Below, piece by piece: positions 18,711-27,667 of a DNA stretch of 64,000 bases. Position numbers and translations under genes: made by a program. The stretch lies in NCBI GenBank assembly GCA_041483195.1, contig JBGPFC010000006.1:1-64000 (forward strand). Direction: 5' to 3'. The notes under the pieces were generated by a model that made no database searches, was not told the origin of the DNA, and saw only the letters and a list, made by a program, of their open reading frames with translations. Each line of letters begins with the position of its first letter. Within the stretch, counting starts at the first letter, position 1. The DNA is from Candidatus Eiseniibacteriota bacterium (GTDB lineage: Bacteria; Eisenbacteria; RBG-16-71-46).

Positions 18711-19558
18711 GCGCCGCCACGATCGCGCGCCGCCTGCTGCCGCCGTTGCTCTACGACGCGCTGCGCGCGTTGCGTCCGCTCGGACGCCGCCCCGCGTGGG
18801 AGTACCTGCCCGGCGGATTCGCGAGCCTGCCGCCGGCGAGCCGCGGCTGGAACGACGCGAGCGTGCTCGCAGCGCAGCGCGAGCGCTGGCCCGCGTTCCT
18901 GGCCGCGATCGAGGGCTCGGGACCGCTCGGCGTGGCGCACGAGTCGCCGGCGATCGGCCGCGAGGACCTGGCCGCGCACAATACCGTGATGGCGTTCGGC
19001 TACGTGCTGGCGCGCGCGGCCCACGGGCGCGCGCGGCTCTCGCTGCTCGACTGGGGCGGCGGGATCGGACACTACGCCGCGCTCGCGCGAGCGCTGATGC
19101 CCGAGGTCGGGCTCGACTATCACTGCCGCGACCTGCCGCTGCTTTGCGCCCACGGACGCACGCTGTTTCCGGAGGCGCGATTCCACGAGGACGACGCCGG
19201 GTGCCTCGCGCGCGCCTACGACCTGGTGCTCGCCAGCTCCTCGCTGCAGTACCACGAGGACTGGCGCGGCACGCTCGCGCGGCTCGCCCCCGCGGTGGGC
19301 GCGTGGCTGTTCGTGACGCGATTGCCGACGGTGCGGCGCGTGCCGTCGTTCGTCGTGGTGCAGCGCCCGCACGCGCACGGCTACCACACCGAGTACGCGG
19401 GCTGGTTCATCAACCGCGGCGAGCTGGTCGCTCACGCGCAGAGCCTGGGCCTCCGGCTCGAGCGCGAGTTCCTGATCGACGAGCGCGTGTCCGTGCCGCG
19501 CGCGCCCGAGCCGTGCGAGTACCGCGGCTTCCTGTTCCGCCCGGCGGGACCGCGATGA
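18707..19558 (+). CDS. class I SAM-dependent methyltransferase (TIGR04325-like)
   Basis: LSLLDWGGGIG SAM motif, YDLVLASSSLQY; GTGA overlap start. Confidence 0.8.
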   Translation: MSAATIARRLLPPLLYDALRALRPLGRRPAWEYLPGGFASLPPASRGWNDASVLAAQRERWPAFLAAIEGSGPLGVAHESPAIGREDLAAHNTVMAFGYVLARAAHGRARLSLLDWGGGIGHYAALARALMPEVGLDYHCRDLPLLCAHGRTLFPEARFHEDDAGCLARAYDLVLASSSLQYHEDWRGTLARLAPAVGAWLFVTRLPTVRRVPSFVVVQRPHAHGYHTEYAGWFINRGELVAHAQSLGLRLEREFLIDERVSVPRAPEPCEYRGFLFRPAGPR

Positions 19559-20538
19559 CGGCCGCCCCACGGCGCTTCTGCACGTACTTCGACTCGAACT
19601 ATCTGCTCAAGGGCCTCGCGCTCCACGACTCGCTGACGCGGCACGCGCCGGACGCGACGCTCACGGTGTTGTGCCTCGACGACGGGGTCCGCGATGCGCT
19701 CGCGCGCCTCGCGCGACCCGGAATCGAGACGCTGACACTCGCGGATCTCGAAGCCGCCGAGCCGCGCCTGCTCGGCGTGAAACCCGGCCGCTCGCGCGCC
19801 GAGTACTACTTCACGTGCACCCCGGCGCTGATCCATCACCTGCTCGCGCGCCTGCCGCGCGGCGAGACGCTCGGCTACCTCGACGCCGACCTCTACTTCT
19901 TCGGCGACCCGGCGCCGCTCTATCGCGAGGAGCCAGGGGCCTCGACGCTCATCATCCCGCACCGCTTCCCCGACAAGCTCCGTCACCTCGAGGTCCACGG
20001 GGTCTACAACGTGGGCCTGGTGTCGTTCGTTCACGACGGGCACGGCCTCGAGTGCCTCACCGGGTGGCGCGACCGCTGCATCGAGTGGTGCTACGACCGC
20101 GTCGAGGACGGGAAGTACGCGGATCAGAAGTACCTCGACGAGTGGCCGGGGCGCTTCCGGGGCGTTCACGTGGTGAGACACCGCGGCGCGAACCTCGCGC
20201 CCTGGAACGTGGAGCGCGATCCGTTGAGCCTGGACGCCGGCAGCGTGAGGGTCGGCGGCGATCCGCTCCTCTTCTATCACTTCCAGGGATTGAGGCGGCT
20301 CACCCGGGTGATCGCCGACTCGGGGCTCCGCGCCTACCGCGCGCGCATGACGCCGCTCATGCGCATGCACATCTACGACCCCTACCTGCGCGCGCTCACC
20401 CGCATCGAGCGCGAGGTGCGCGCGGCGCTGCCCGCCTTCGCGGGCGGCACGGGCTCGTCGCGCATCGGCCCGCTCGCGCTCGTGAAGCGGCTGCTCGGCG
20501 GCAACCTCCTGGTCGGCGCCGGGACGGAGCCGCGGTGA
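19555..20538 (+). CDS. putative GT-A fold glycosyltransferase
   Basis: FCTYFDSNYL..GLAL..SL, EYYFTCTP, YLDADLYFF (DxD), DQKYLD.WP, NLAPWN, FYHF.G. Confidence 0.8.
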   Translation: MTAAPRRFCTYFDSNYLLKGLALHDSLTRHAPDATLTVLCLDDGVRDALARLARPGIETLTLADLEAAEPRLLGVKPGRSRAEYYFTCTPALIHHLLARLPRGETLGYLDADLYFFGDPAPLYREEPGASTLIIPHRFPDKLRHLEVHGVYNVGLVSFVHDGHGLECLTGWRDRCIEWCYDRVEDGKYADQKYLDEWPGRFRGVHVVRHRGANLAPWNVERDPLSLDAGSVRVGGDPLLFYHFQGLRRLTRVIADSGLRAYRARMTPLMRMHIYDPYLRALTRIEREVRAALPAFAGGTGSSRIGPLALVKRLLGGNLLVGAGTEPR

Positions 20539-22166
20539 GCAAGGCGAACCGCGCGCGCAAGGACATCGCGTCGGCCCCGCCGCAACCGGACTTGAACGCG
20601 TGGCCCGGGCGTCTGGCGTGGGCGCTCGCCGTGCTGGTGGCCGTCTCGCCGCTCTGGGCCGGACACGAGCTTCCGCTCGTGGATCTGCCTCAGCACTTCT
20701 ACGTCATCGCGATCCTGAACCATCTGCACGACCCCGCGAACCTGTTCGCGCGCTTCTTCGAGCCGCGCCCGGGGTTCTCGCCATACATCGCCTACTACTA
20801 TCTGGTGGGCCACCTCGCGCGTGTGGTCTCCGTGGAGACCGCCAATCGCGTGTTCCTCTCGGTGTACGTGGCGGGCCTTCCGCTCTCGATGGGCTTCCTC
20901 ATTCGAAGTCTCGGCCGCCCCGCCTGGCCCGCGTTGCTCGCCATCCCGCTTGCGTACGGCGACAATTTCGCAATGGGGTTCGTGAACTATTGCGCGGCCC
21001 TGCCGCTGACATTCGTGTGCATGGGCCTGTTCGTGCGCGCCATCACGGATTCGCCCCGCCGGCCGCTCTGGGGCGCGTCGCTCGCGGCTGCCCTGCTGGC
21101 GCTGCTCGCCGTTCACCCGGTGCCGCTCGCGTTCCTGGCCCTCGCGCTGCCGTTCCTGCTGCTGACGACCCGCGCTCCGGAGGAGCTTGCGGCATTCGAT
21201 CCGATCCAGTGGCTCCGCGTGCGCCGGTTCGCGATCGGCGGCGTGCTGCCCGCCGTGCTCGTGGCGCTGCTCTGGCTGCGATCGCTCGCCGGTCATCCGA
21301 CGCCCATCGCGTACGGCGTTCCCTGGCACGCCTGGGGGCCTATCTTCTCGAAGCAGAACGTGCAATTCATGACGTTCGGCGAAAACCTCGCGGCCTTCCC
21401 GCAGCTGCTCGCGGGGATCCTGAGCGACGACTCGGATCGGCTCGGACTCAGGTTCGCCGGGGTCATCGCGGGGCTGGCGATCATCGCGCGCGTGTTCTCC
21501 AGGGCCTCGGCGCCCGCGCACGGCGGGCGCTGGCACGAACGGGCGCGGCCGGCCGGACTGGTCGCGATCGCCGTTGGCCTCTACTTCACGCTCCCCCTCA
21601 ACATTCAGGGCTACGTCGGAGGCATCAACCCGCGATTCGCCCAGCTCGCGGCGTTGCTCTCGCTCTCGCTGCTGCCGCGGCTCGGACCCGGGCTCGCTCG
21701 GACGATGCTCTGGCTTGCCGCGGTCGCGGCGCTGGCCACCGCGGCGCCGCTGATCCGCGGATTCGAGGCGTTCGATCGCGAAGCCGCCTCCCTGCGCGCG
21801 ATGGTGCGCGCCAGCGGCGACCGCCCCCGCGTGATGGGGCTCATCTACGACGACTATTCACGCGTCGTGCGCTTCCCCGTGTATCTCCACAGCGCGGCCA
21901 CACTGGCGCGCGAGCGCGGCGGCATCCCGAACTACTCGCTGGGCGGATGGCCATCGGCGCCGATCCGATTTCGCGCCACACCGCCGCCGACCTATCCGTC
22001 GGAGTGGGAGCCGAGGGCCTTCGACTACGAGGCGCAGGGCGGGTTCTACGATCACTTCCTGGTGCGCGGGGCGAATCCGCTGCGGATCTTCGGCAAGCGG
22101 ATCGGGGACGAGCTCGAGATCGCCGCGCACGACGGCGACTTCTGGCTGGTTCGCCGCCGGCGGTGA
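20535..22166 (+). CDS. polytopic membrane protein, putative GT-C fold glycosyltransferase
   Basis: LPLVDLPQH after TM1, ~11 hydrophobic segments, soluble C-terminal domain (YDHFLVRG); GTGA overlap start. Confidence 0.6.
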   Translation: MSKANRARKDIASAPPQPDLNAWPGRLAWALAVLVAVSPLWAGHELPLVDLPQHFYVIAILNHLHDPANLFARFFEPRPGFSPYIAYYYLVGHLARVVSVETANRVFLSVYVAGLPLSMGFLIRSLGRPAWPALLAIPLAYGDNFAMGFVNYCAALPLTFVCMGLFVRAITDSPRRPLWGASLAAALLALLAVHPVPLAFLALALPFLLLTTRAPEELAAFDPIQWLRVRRFAIGGVLPAVLVALLWLRSLAGHPTPIAYGVPWHAWGPIFSKQNVQFMTFGENLAAFPQLLAGILSDDSDRLGLRFAGVIAGLAIIARVFSRASAPAHGGRWHERARPAGLVAIAVGLYFTLPLNIQGYVGGINPRFAQLAALLSLSLLPRLGPGLARTMLWLAAVAALATAAPLIRGFEAFDREAASLRAMVRASGDRPRVMGLIYDDYSRVVRFPVYLHSAATLARERGGIPNYSLGGWPSAPIRFRATPPPTYPSEWEPRAFDYEAQGGFYDHFLVRGANPLRIFGKRIGDELEIAAHDGDFWLVRRRR

Positions 22167-22194
22167 GGCGTCGCGCGCGGCGGGACCGTTGCGC

Positions 22195-23406
22195 TCAAGC
22201 GACCAGTCCGCGCAGCAGCTCGTCGAGCCGCGCCGCGCGGCGCGCGAAGGTGTGGTCGCGCAGCGTGCGCGCCTCGCCCGCGCGCGCGATGCTCTCCCGC
22301 TCCGCATCGTGCGCCAGCAGCCGGCGGATCTTCTCGACGCACTCGTCGGCACTGGCATAGGTCGCGACCTCGCGCTCGGGCTCGAACATCTCGCCGAGCC
22401 GCACGGTGCGATCGGTGAGCAGGCACGCGCCGACGCCGGTCGCCTCGAACAGTCGCATGTTCGATGAATCGCGCGCCTCGGGATCGCCCTGCACGTCGAG
22501 CGCGATCCGCGCGTCGCGCAGCGTGCGATACATCTCAAGCCCGAAGCGCGGCGGCCGGATCGCCCGGGCGATCGCGGCGGGCAGCGTCACGCGCGGACGT
22601 GCCGGCCACGACGCGGCCCGGCCCAGCAACGGGAAACCGCCGAGCGCCGCGGCCGTGACGCCGAGCCGGCGCCCGAGCTGGAGCGCGTCCCAGGCGAGCG
22701 CGCGTCCGCGCCGCCGCCAGCGCTCGGACGGCGACGGGGCGCCGCTCGGGCTGAACACCGCGATGCCGACTTCGCCGATCAAACGCTCGATCAATCGCTC
22801 GCGCGGCGCGTGGGTGGGCGCGTCCGGATCGAATTGCCCGACGAACACCACGTCGAGCTTCTCGCGTGGCGGCCCGAGGCGCTCGCGGACGCCCGGGTCG
22901 AACGCGTGGCGCAGCAGCTCGGCGCGCACGCCGCGCGCGCGCAGCGCATCGACCGAGGTCGCCGAGCACGCGAGCACCAGGTCCACGCCGCGCCAGCTGC
23001 GCGCGGCTGGCAGGTGGCTTCCCACCCAGCCCATCACGCGGCGCACGGAGCCGACCTCTGCGCGGATCGCCGCGAGCAGCGATTCGTCGTGATGGTCGAA
23101 CCACAGCAGGTCGGGCGCGAAGTCGCGCAGCTGCTCGATCGCGATCGCGTCGAGGCCCGCGCCCGCGAGCGCCGGCGCGTGCTCGCGCGCCCATGCGCGC
23201 TGGAGCGGCTCGACGTCGGCGCGCACCTCGAGCAGCTCGTGCCCGAACGAGGCCAGCGCCGGGACCCACGCGTCGCCCCAGCCGAACGCGTCGTCGTCGA
23301 GCGCGCGCTTCTGCTCGGCGGAGCTCGCGCGCGCGAGCTGCGGACGCGAGGCGTAGAACTGGGGCGGGTAGGCCGGATAGGTGCTGGCGAGCCGGGCGAG
23401 CTTCAT
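22195..23406 (-). CDS. CgeB/Glyco_trans_1_2 family glycosyltransferase
   Basis: DVVFVG, FGLEMY..L....I.L, NMRLFEATGVGACLLTD, IARAG..RTLRDHT. Confidence 0.88.
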   Translation of the reverse strand: MKLARLASTYPAYPPQFYASRPQLARASSAEQKRALDDDAFGWGDAWVPALASFGHELLEVRADVEPLQRAWAREHAPALAGAGLDAIAIEQLRDFAPDLLWFDHHDESLLAAIRAEVGSVRRVMGWVGSHLPAARSWRGVDLVLACSATSVDALRARGVRAELLRHAFDPGVRERLGPPREKLDVVFVGQFDPDAPTHAPRERLIERLIGEVGIAVFSPSGAPSPSERWRRRGRALAWDALQLGRRLGVTAAALGGFPLLGRAASWPARPRVTLPAAIARAIRPPRFGLEMYRTLRDARIALDVQGDPEARDSSNMRLFEATGVGACLLTDRTVRLGEMFEPEREVATYASADECVEKIRRLLAHDAERESIARAGEARTLRDHTFARRAARLDELLRGLVA

Positions 23407-23428
23407 CGCGGAACGCGCGCGGGTGCGT

Positions 23429-24253
23429 TCACGGGCGCTTGAGCACCAGGCGTTTCGCTTCGCGCGCGCGGTTGAGCAGACCCATGCGCTTCAGCCCCTG
23501 CTGCGTCCAGTAGCGCAGGTAATCGCCGAAGCCGGTGTACGCCGAGTAGCGCAGCAGGTCGAGCGTGCCGTAATGGCGCCGCACGATGCGCCAGCGCTCG
23601 CGCACCGAATCGAGATAGCGCAGGTCGCTCACCCCCCCGCGCCGCATCACCGACACCACCTCGGGAACGAAGCGCTTCGAGAGATCGTCGCGCAGGAACG
23701 CGCGTACCACCCAGTCGTAGTCCGCCGCGATGCGATATCGAAGATCGAACCGGCCGACGACGTCGAACACGCGTCGCCTCGCGAACAGCGTCTGGTGATG
23801 GCACGCCATGCCGAACAGCAGGTCGCGCAGCGTGATCGCGCGACCGATCGAATCGCGATGGTCCAGCTCCTCGTCCCAGCGCTCGAGCCGCGCGTAGATC
23901 AGGTCCTCGCCGGCTGCGCCGCGCATCACGCGCTCGACCGCGCCGGGCGATGCGAAGGTGTCGTCGGCGTTGAGGAAGAGGACGTAGCTCTGCGGATCGC
24001 GCACCAGCGCGAGGCCCTTGTTCATCGCGTCGTAGAGGCCGCGATCGGGCTCGCTCACGAAGCGCGGCGCCGGGACGCGCCGCTCGATCAGCTCGCGGGT
24101 GCCGTCGGTCGAGCCGCCATCCACGATCACGTGCTCGAGCGGCGACCAGCTCTGGCCGCGCACGCTCTCGAGGTTGCGCTCGAGCGTGGCGACGCCGTTG
24201 CGAACGGCGGTGATGACGGTGACCGCGGGACGCGCGTCGGAGGCGGCGTTCAT
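23429..24253 (-). CDS. glycosyltransferase family 2 (WcaE-like)
   Basis: VTVITAVRN, IVDGGSTDGT, SEPDRGLYDAMNKG, FLNADD, HQTLF, ADYD. Confidence 0.92.
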   Translation of the reverse strand: MNAASDARPAVTVITAVRNGVATLERNLESVRGQSWSPLEHVIVDGGSTDGTRELIERRVPAPRFVSEPDRGLYDAMNKGLALVRDPQSYVLFLNADDTFASPGAVERVMRGAAGEDLIYARLERWDEELDHRDSIGRAITLRDLLFGMACHHQTLFARRRVFDVVGRFDLRYRIAADYDWVVRAFLRDDLSKRFVPEVVSVMRRGGVSDLRYLDSVRERWRIVRRHYGTLDLLRYSAYTGFGDYLRYWTQQGLKRMGLLNRAREAKRLVLKRP

Positions 24254-24257
24254 GCGG

Positions 24258-24342
24258 CTGACCTTCGGGGAAGGGTCAGGTCCCGTCAAGGGGCGGCGCT
24301 TGCGCGCGGGCGGTTGACACGGCCACGGACCCCACCTAGCTT
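24258..24342. promoter_or_regulatory. back-to-back divergent sigma70-type promoters
   Basis: Plus strand: TTGACA(24314-19)-N17-TAGCTT(24337-42). Minus strand: TTGACG(24289-84)-N17-GAAGGT(24266-61), 7 nt before the GT2 ATG. CTGACC/GGTCAG inverted repeat at 24258-24279. Confidence 0.55.
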
Positions 24343-24444
24343 TCGCGAGCCAGTCCGCTGCGCGGAAACGGCGCGTGATCCCAACCACGACCGAGGGCGA
24401 AGGTCCGGCCCACGCACGAACAGCGACTCGGGGAGGGTCTCGCA

Positions 24445-25488
24445 TTGGCCGCAATATTCCTGGTCCTCATGCTGGTTGTGGGCTTGCCGAGCCTCGCCCG
24501 CGCCGCGCTCCCGTTCAACGAACGCGTCGCGCACGAGACCGCGGCCTCGGTCGCGACCGAGCGCCGCGCGGCCCTCACGCGGCCGGAGATTGCAGACGAG
24601 AAGCAGCGCGTCCCAAAGCCTCCGCCCTCCGAGGACAAACCGCGCCGGGACGAGAAGCCGAAGAAGGAAGAGTCGAGCAGCTCCGACGACGACAGCAAGA
24701 GCGACTGCTTCTTCGATTGCCTGTGGAGCATGTTCTCGAGCTCGGACCATCCATCGCAATCGGTCGCGCCGCCCCCGCCGCCGGAGAGCGCTCCGCCAGA
24801 GAACGTTCCGCCAGAGTCGCCCGCGACCGGCGAGCCTCCCGGCTATTCGGGCGAGGAGCCGACCACGCCGCACTGGGCGGCGTTCACGAGCGCCGGGATG
24901 GGTGCGGACCTGGGTCCCGCCGAGGTCAGGGATGAATACGACGCGGCGGTCCGCCTCGCCCTCGACTGGTTCTGGCCGCTCCAGCACGGCTGGCAGGTCG
25001 ACGCGGGCGCCGGTTACTCGGCCGCGTGGGGAAATCCCGGGTTCAACTACGTCATGCCCACCGCGACCGACACCACCTACGACTCGCCAACCAGCTCGCG
25101 GCTCGACCAGTTCAATCTCAGCGTGCGCGGCGGCCAATACCTTTCGGTGTTCGGTCGTAGCACGCTGTGCTACTGGGGCGTGGGGCCCGGGCTCTACTGG
25201 GTCAAGGAGAGCGCCGAGATCACGTACGACGTCGTGAAGGGCGGCGCCGTGGTGAAACGTGGACGGCGCACCGACACGCTGGATCGCGTGCGCCCCGGAG
25301 CCGACCTCGTGCTCGGGCTGGGGTGGCGCCTCACCCGGCGCAATCATCAGCACCTCGGGCTCCATCTGCGCGGCTACGCGATCCCGTGGAAGTCCGAGCG
25401 GAAGAACTCTCAAACCCTCGACTTCGTCGGGAAGCGGACCATCGTCGGCATCAACGTCGGCATTGCCCTGTCGTCCGAACGCTTCTAG
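24445..25488 (+). CDS. secreted protein, probable outer-membrane beta-barrel with low-complexity N-terminal region
   Basis: TTG start with GGGAGG RBS; signal peptide ending ARA; Pro/Glu/Ser-rich linker; alternating amphipathic strands; C-terminal Phe. Confidence 0.65.
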   Translation: MAAIFLVLMLVVGLPSLARAALPFNERVAHETAASVATERRAALTRPEIADEKQRVPKPPPSEDKPRRDEKPKKEESSSSDDDSKSDCFFDCLWSMFSSSDHPSQSVAPPPPPESAPPENVPPESPATGEPPGYSGEEPTTPHWAAFTSAGMGADLGPAEVRDEYDAAVRLALDWFWPLQHGWQVDAGAGYSAAWGNPGFNYVMPTATDTTYDSPTSSRLDQFNLSVRGGQYLSVFGRSTLCYWGVGPGLYWVKESAEITYDVVKGGAVVKRGRRTDTLDRVRPGADLVLGLGWRLTRRNHQHLGLHLRGYAIPWKSERKNSQTLDFVGKRTIVGINVGIALSSERF

Positions 25489-26671
25489 CCGCGCGTTCGC
25501 CGCCGCGCTTGCGCTCGCCATCGCGTTCGGCGCGGTGCGCGCGGCGCAGAGCGGCGAAACGCCAGCGACGCCGCGCGAGAGCGCGGCCGGCGCGATTCAG
25601 TTCTACCAGGCCTACCTCTCCGACCTGCGTCACGGGCACTGTCGGTTCGAGCCCAGCTGCTCGCAATACGCGGCCGACGCGATCCGCCGCTACGGCGTGA
25701 TCGAGGGCACTTCGCGCGCCGCCGATCGCCTGATGCGGTGCAACGCGGCGGCGGGCGCGTTCTACGCGAGGACCGCGGAGGGCCGGATGCTCGACCCGGT
25801 GGACGGCGAGCGCGCCGAGCGAATCCAGCCGCTGGTGCCGCGGTGGCTGCTGTCCGCGCCGGCGGCTCCCCCGCCCGCGGACAGCGCCGCCGGACGCGAG
25901 CGCGTCCGCGAGTCGATCGCGTTCGCGCGCTCGCTCGCGGATGAAGGCGATTGCTACCGCGCCGCGACCGAATACAAGCGCGCGGCCTATCTTGCCGGCG
26001 ATCCCGCGGATCACGCGTGGGCGCACGAGCGGATCGGCACGTGCTTCTTCCATGCCGGCGAGTGGACGCTCGCGGAGTCCGAGTTCCTGAGCGCCGGGAT
26101 GCTGGCGCAGGATGCGGATTCGCGGCGCGGCGCGAGCCTGATGGCCGCAGCCTGCCGGTTCGACGCGGGAGACTATCGTGGCTGCGAGGCGATCCTCGGG
26201 GAGGCGGGCCTCGAGGGCGGGCGGGAGCTCGGATTGAGCGGGCTCGGGGCCATGGCGCGTGGCGACTGGGCGGCCGCGAGCGAGCGGCTCGCACGCGGCG
26301 CGAGCGCATCGGACGCCGCTCCGATCGCGCCGGCGCTTCGATCGCTCGGCGCTCGCGTGGCGGAGGGCCGCGCGCTCCCGCGCAAGAGCGCGGCGCTCGC
26401 CCGCACGCTCTCGTTCATCGTGCCGGGCACGGGGCAGATGTACGCGGGCCGCGCGCAGGACGGCCTGCGCCACCTGCTCTTCAACGGCGCGCTGATCTGG
26501 ACGATCGCGGAGCTGGCGCGCGACCGTCATTATGCGGGCGCCTACGTGGTGGCCGGGATCGAGGCCCCGTTCTTCGCGGGCAACGTCATCGGCGCGGGGA
26601 GCGGCGCGAAGGCGTTCAACCGCTCGCGGCGAGCGGCGTTCGTGGCGGAGGCAGTCCGGCGCGCGGAGTGA
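25463..26671 (+). CDS. fusion protein: signal peptide + YidD (DUF37) domain + TPR repeats + TM2-like membrane domain
   Basis: IQFYQ..LS.....CRFEPSCSQYA.DAI.RYG...G.....DRLMRCN; DCYRAATEYKR TPR; KS..LA..LS.IVPGTGQMYAG; start uncertain (TTG 25463). Confidence 0.75.
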   Translation: MPCRPNASSRAFAAALALAIAFGAVRAAQSGETPATPRESAAGAIQFYQAYLSDLRHGHCRFEPSCSQYAADAIRRYGVIEGTSRAADRLMRCNAAAGAFYARTAEGRMLDPVDGERAERIQPLVPRWLLSAPAAPPPADSAAGRERVRESIAFARSLADEGDCYRAATEYKRAAYLAGDPADHAWAHERIGTCFFHAGEWTLAESEFLSAGMLAQDADSRRGASLMAAACRFDAGDYRGCEAILGEAGLEGGRELGLSGLGAMARGDWAAASERLARGASASDAAPIAPALRSLGARVAEGRALPRKSAALARTLSFIVPGTGQMYAGRAQDGLRHLLFNGALIWTIAELARDRHYAGAYVVAGIEAPFFAGNVIGAGSGAKAFNRSRRAAFVAEAVRRAE

Positions 26672-26818
26672 ACGCGGGAGCCTGGTCTGCATGCGGGCGC
26701 CCGCGCTCGACCCGCACTCCCGCCCCGCGCTAGAATGCCGCGCCCGCGCCGCAACGCCCCTTCACCGGGAGCCCGACTCGTGCCCACGCCCACTCGCCCC
26801 CACCCACTCGCACCCTGA

Positions 26819-27664
26819 ATGTCCGCCGCCCCGCCGCATGCGCCCGCCACAACGCTGCTGATCCGCCCGTCGCGCGGCTTGAGCGCGCTCAACCTGCGTG
26901 ACCTGTGGCACTACCGCGAGTTGGCATTCTTCCTGATGTGGCGCGACATCTCGGTGCGCTACAAGCAGACGGTGCTGGGCGCGGCGTGGGCGATCATCCA
27001 GCCGTTCATGACGATGGTGGTGTTCAGCGTGTTCTTCGGCCGGCTCGGCAAGATCCCCTCCGACGGCCTGCCCTACCCGCTGTTCGCGTTCTGCGCTCTG
27101 ATCCCGTGGCAGCTGTTCTCGAACTCGCTGAGCGAGGCGGGCAACAGCCTGGTCGCGAACCAGGCGCTGGTCACCAAGGTGTACTTCCCGCGGCTGGTGA
27201 TCCCGATCGGGGCGACGCTCGCGGGGCTGCTCGACTTCGCGATCGCGTTCGTGGTGCTGCTCGCGATGATGGCGTATTACGGTCACGCGCCGACCGCCGC
27301 GGTGTGGACCCTCCCGCTGTTCGTGCTGCTCGCGATCGTGACGGCGCTCGGGGTGGGGCTCTGGCTCTCGGCGCTCAACGTGCAGTACCGCGACGTGCGC
27401 TACACGATTCCGTTCCTCACGCAGTTCTGGCTGTTCGCGACGCCGATCGCCTACCCGAGCAGCCTGGTGCCGGAGCGTTGGCGCGCGCTGCTCGGCCTCA
27501 ATCCGATGGCGGGCGTGGTCGAGGGCTTTCGCTGGGCGCTGCTCGGCAGCGGGCACGCGCCGCAGGCCCTGCTCGCGGTCTCGGTGCTGGTGTCGGTCGC
27601 GGTGCTGGTCTCGGGGCTCTTCCACTTCCGCCGCATGGAGCGCACGTTTGCCGACACGGTCTAG
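26819..27664 (+). CDS. wzm: polysaccharide ABC transporter permease
   Basis: DLW.YREL...L.WRDI.VRYKQT.LG.AWAIIQP, KVYFPR, LNV.YRDV, ATPIAYP, LNPM. Confidence 0.95.
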   Translation: MSAAPPHAPATTLLIRPSRGLSALNLRDLWHYRELAFFLMWRDISVRYKQTVLGAAWAIIQPFMTMVVFSVFFGRLGKIPSDGLPYPLFAFCALIPWQLFSNSLSEAGNSLVANQALVTKVYFPRLVIPIGATLAGLLDFAIAFVVLLAMMAYYGHAPTAAVWTLPLFVLLAIVTALGVGLWLSALNVQYRDVRYTIPFLTQFWLFATPIAYPSSLVPERWRALLGLNPMAGVVEGFRWALLGSGHAPQALLAVSVLVSVAVLVSGLFHFRRMERTFADTV

Positions 27665-27667
27665 GCC

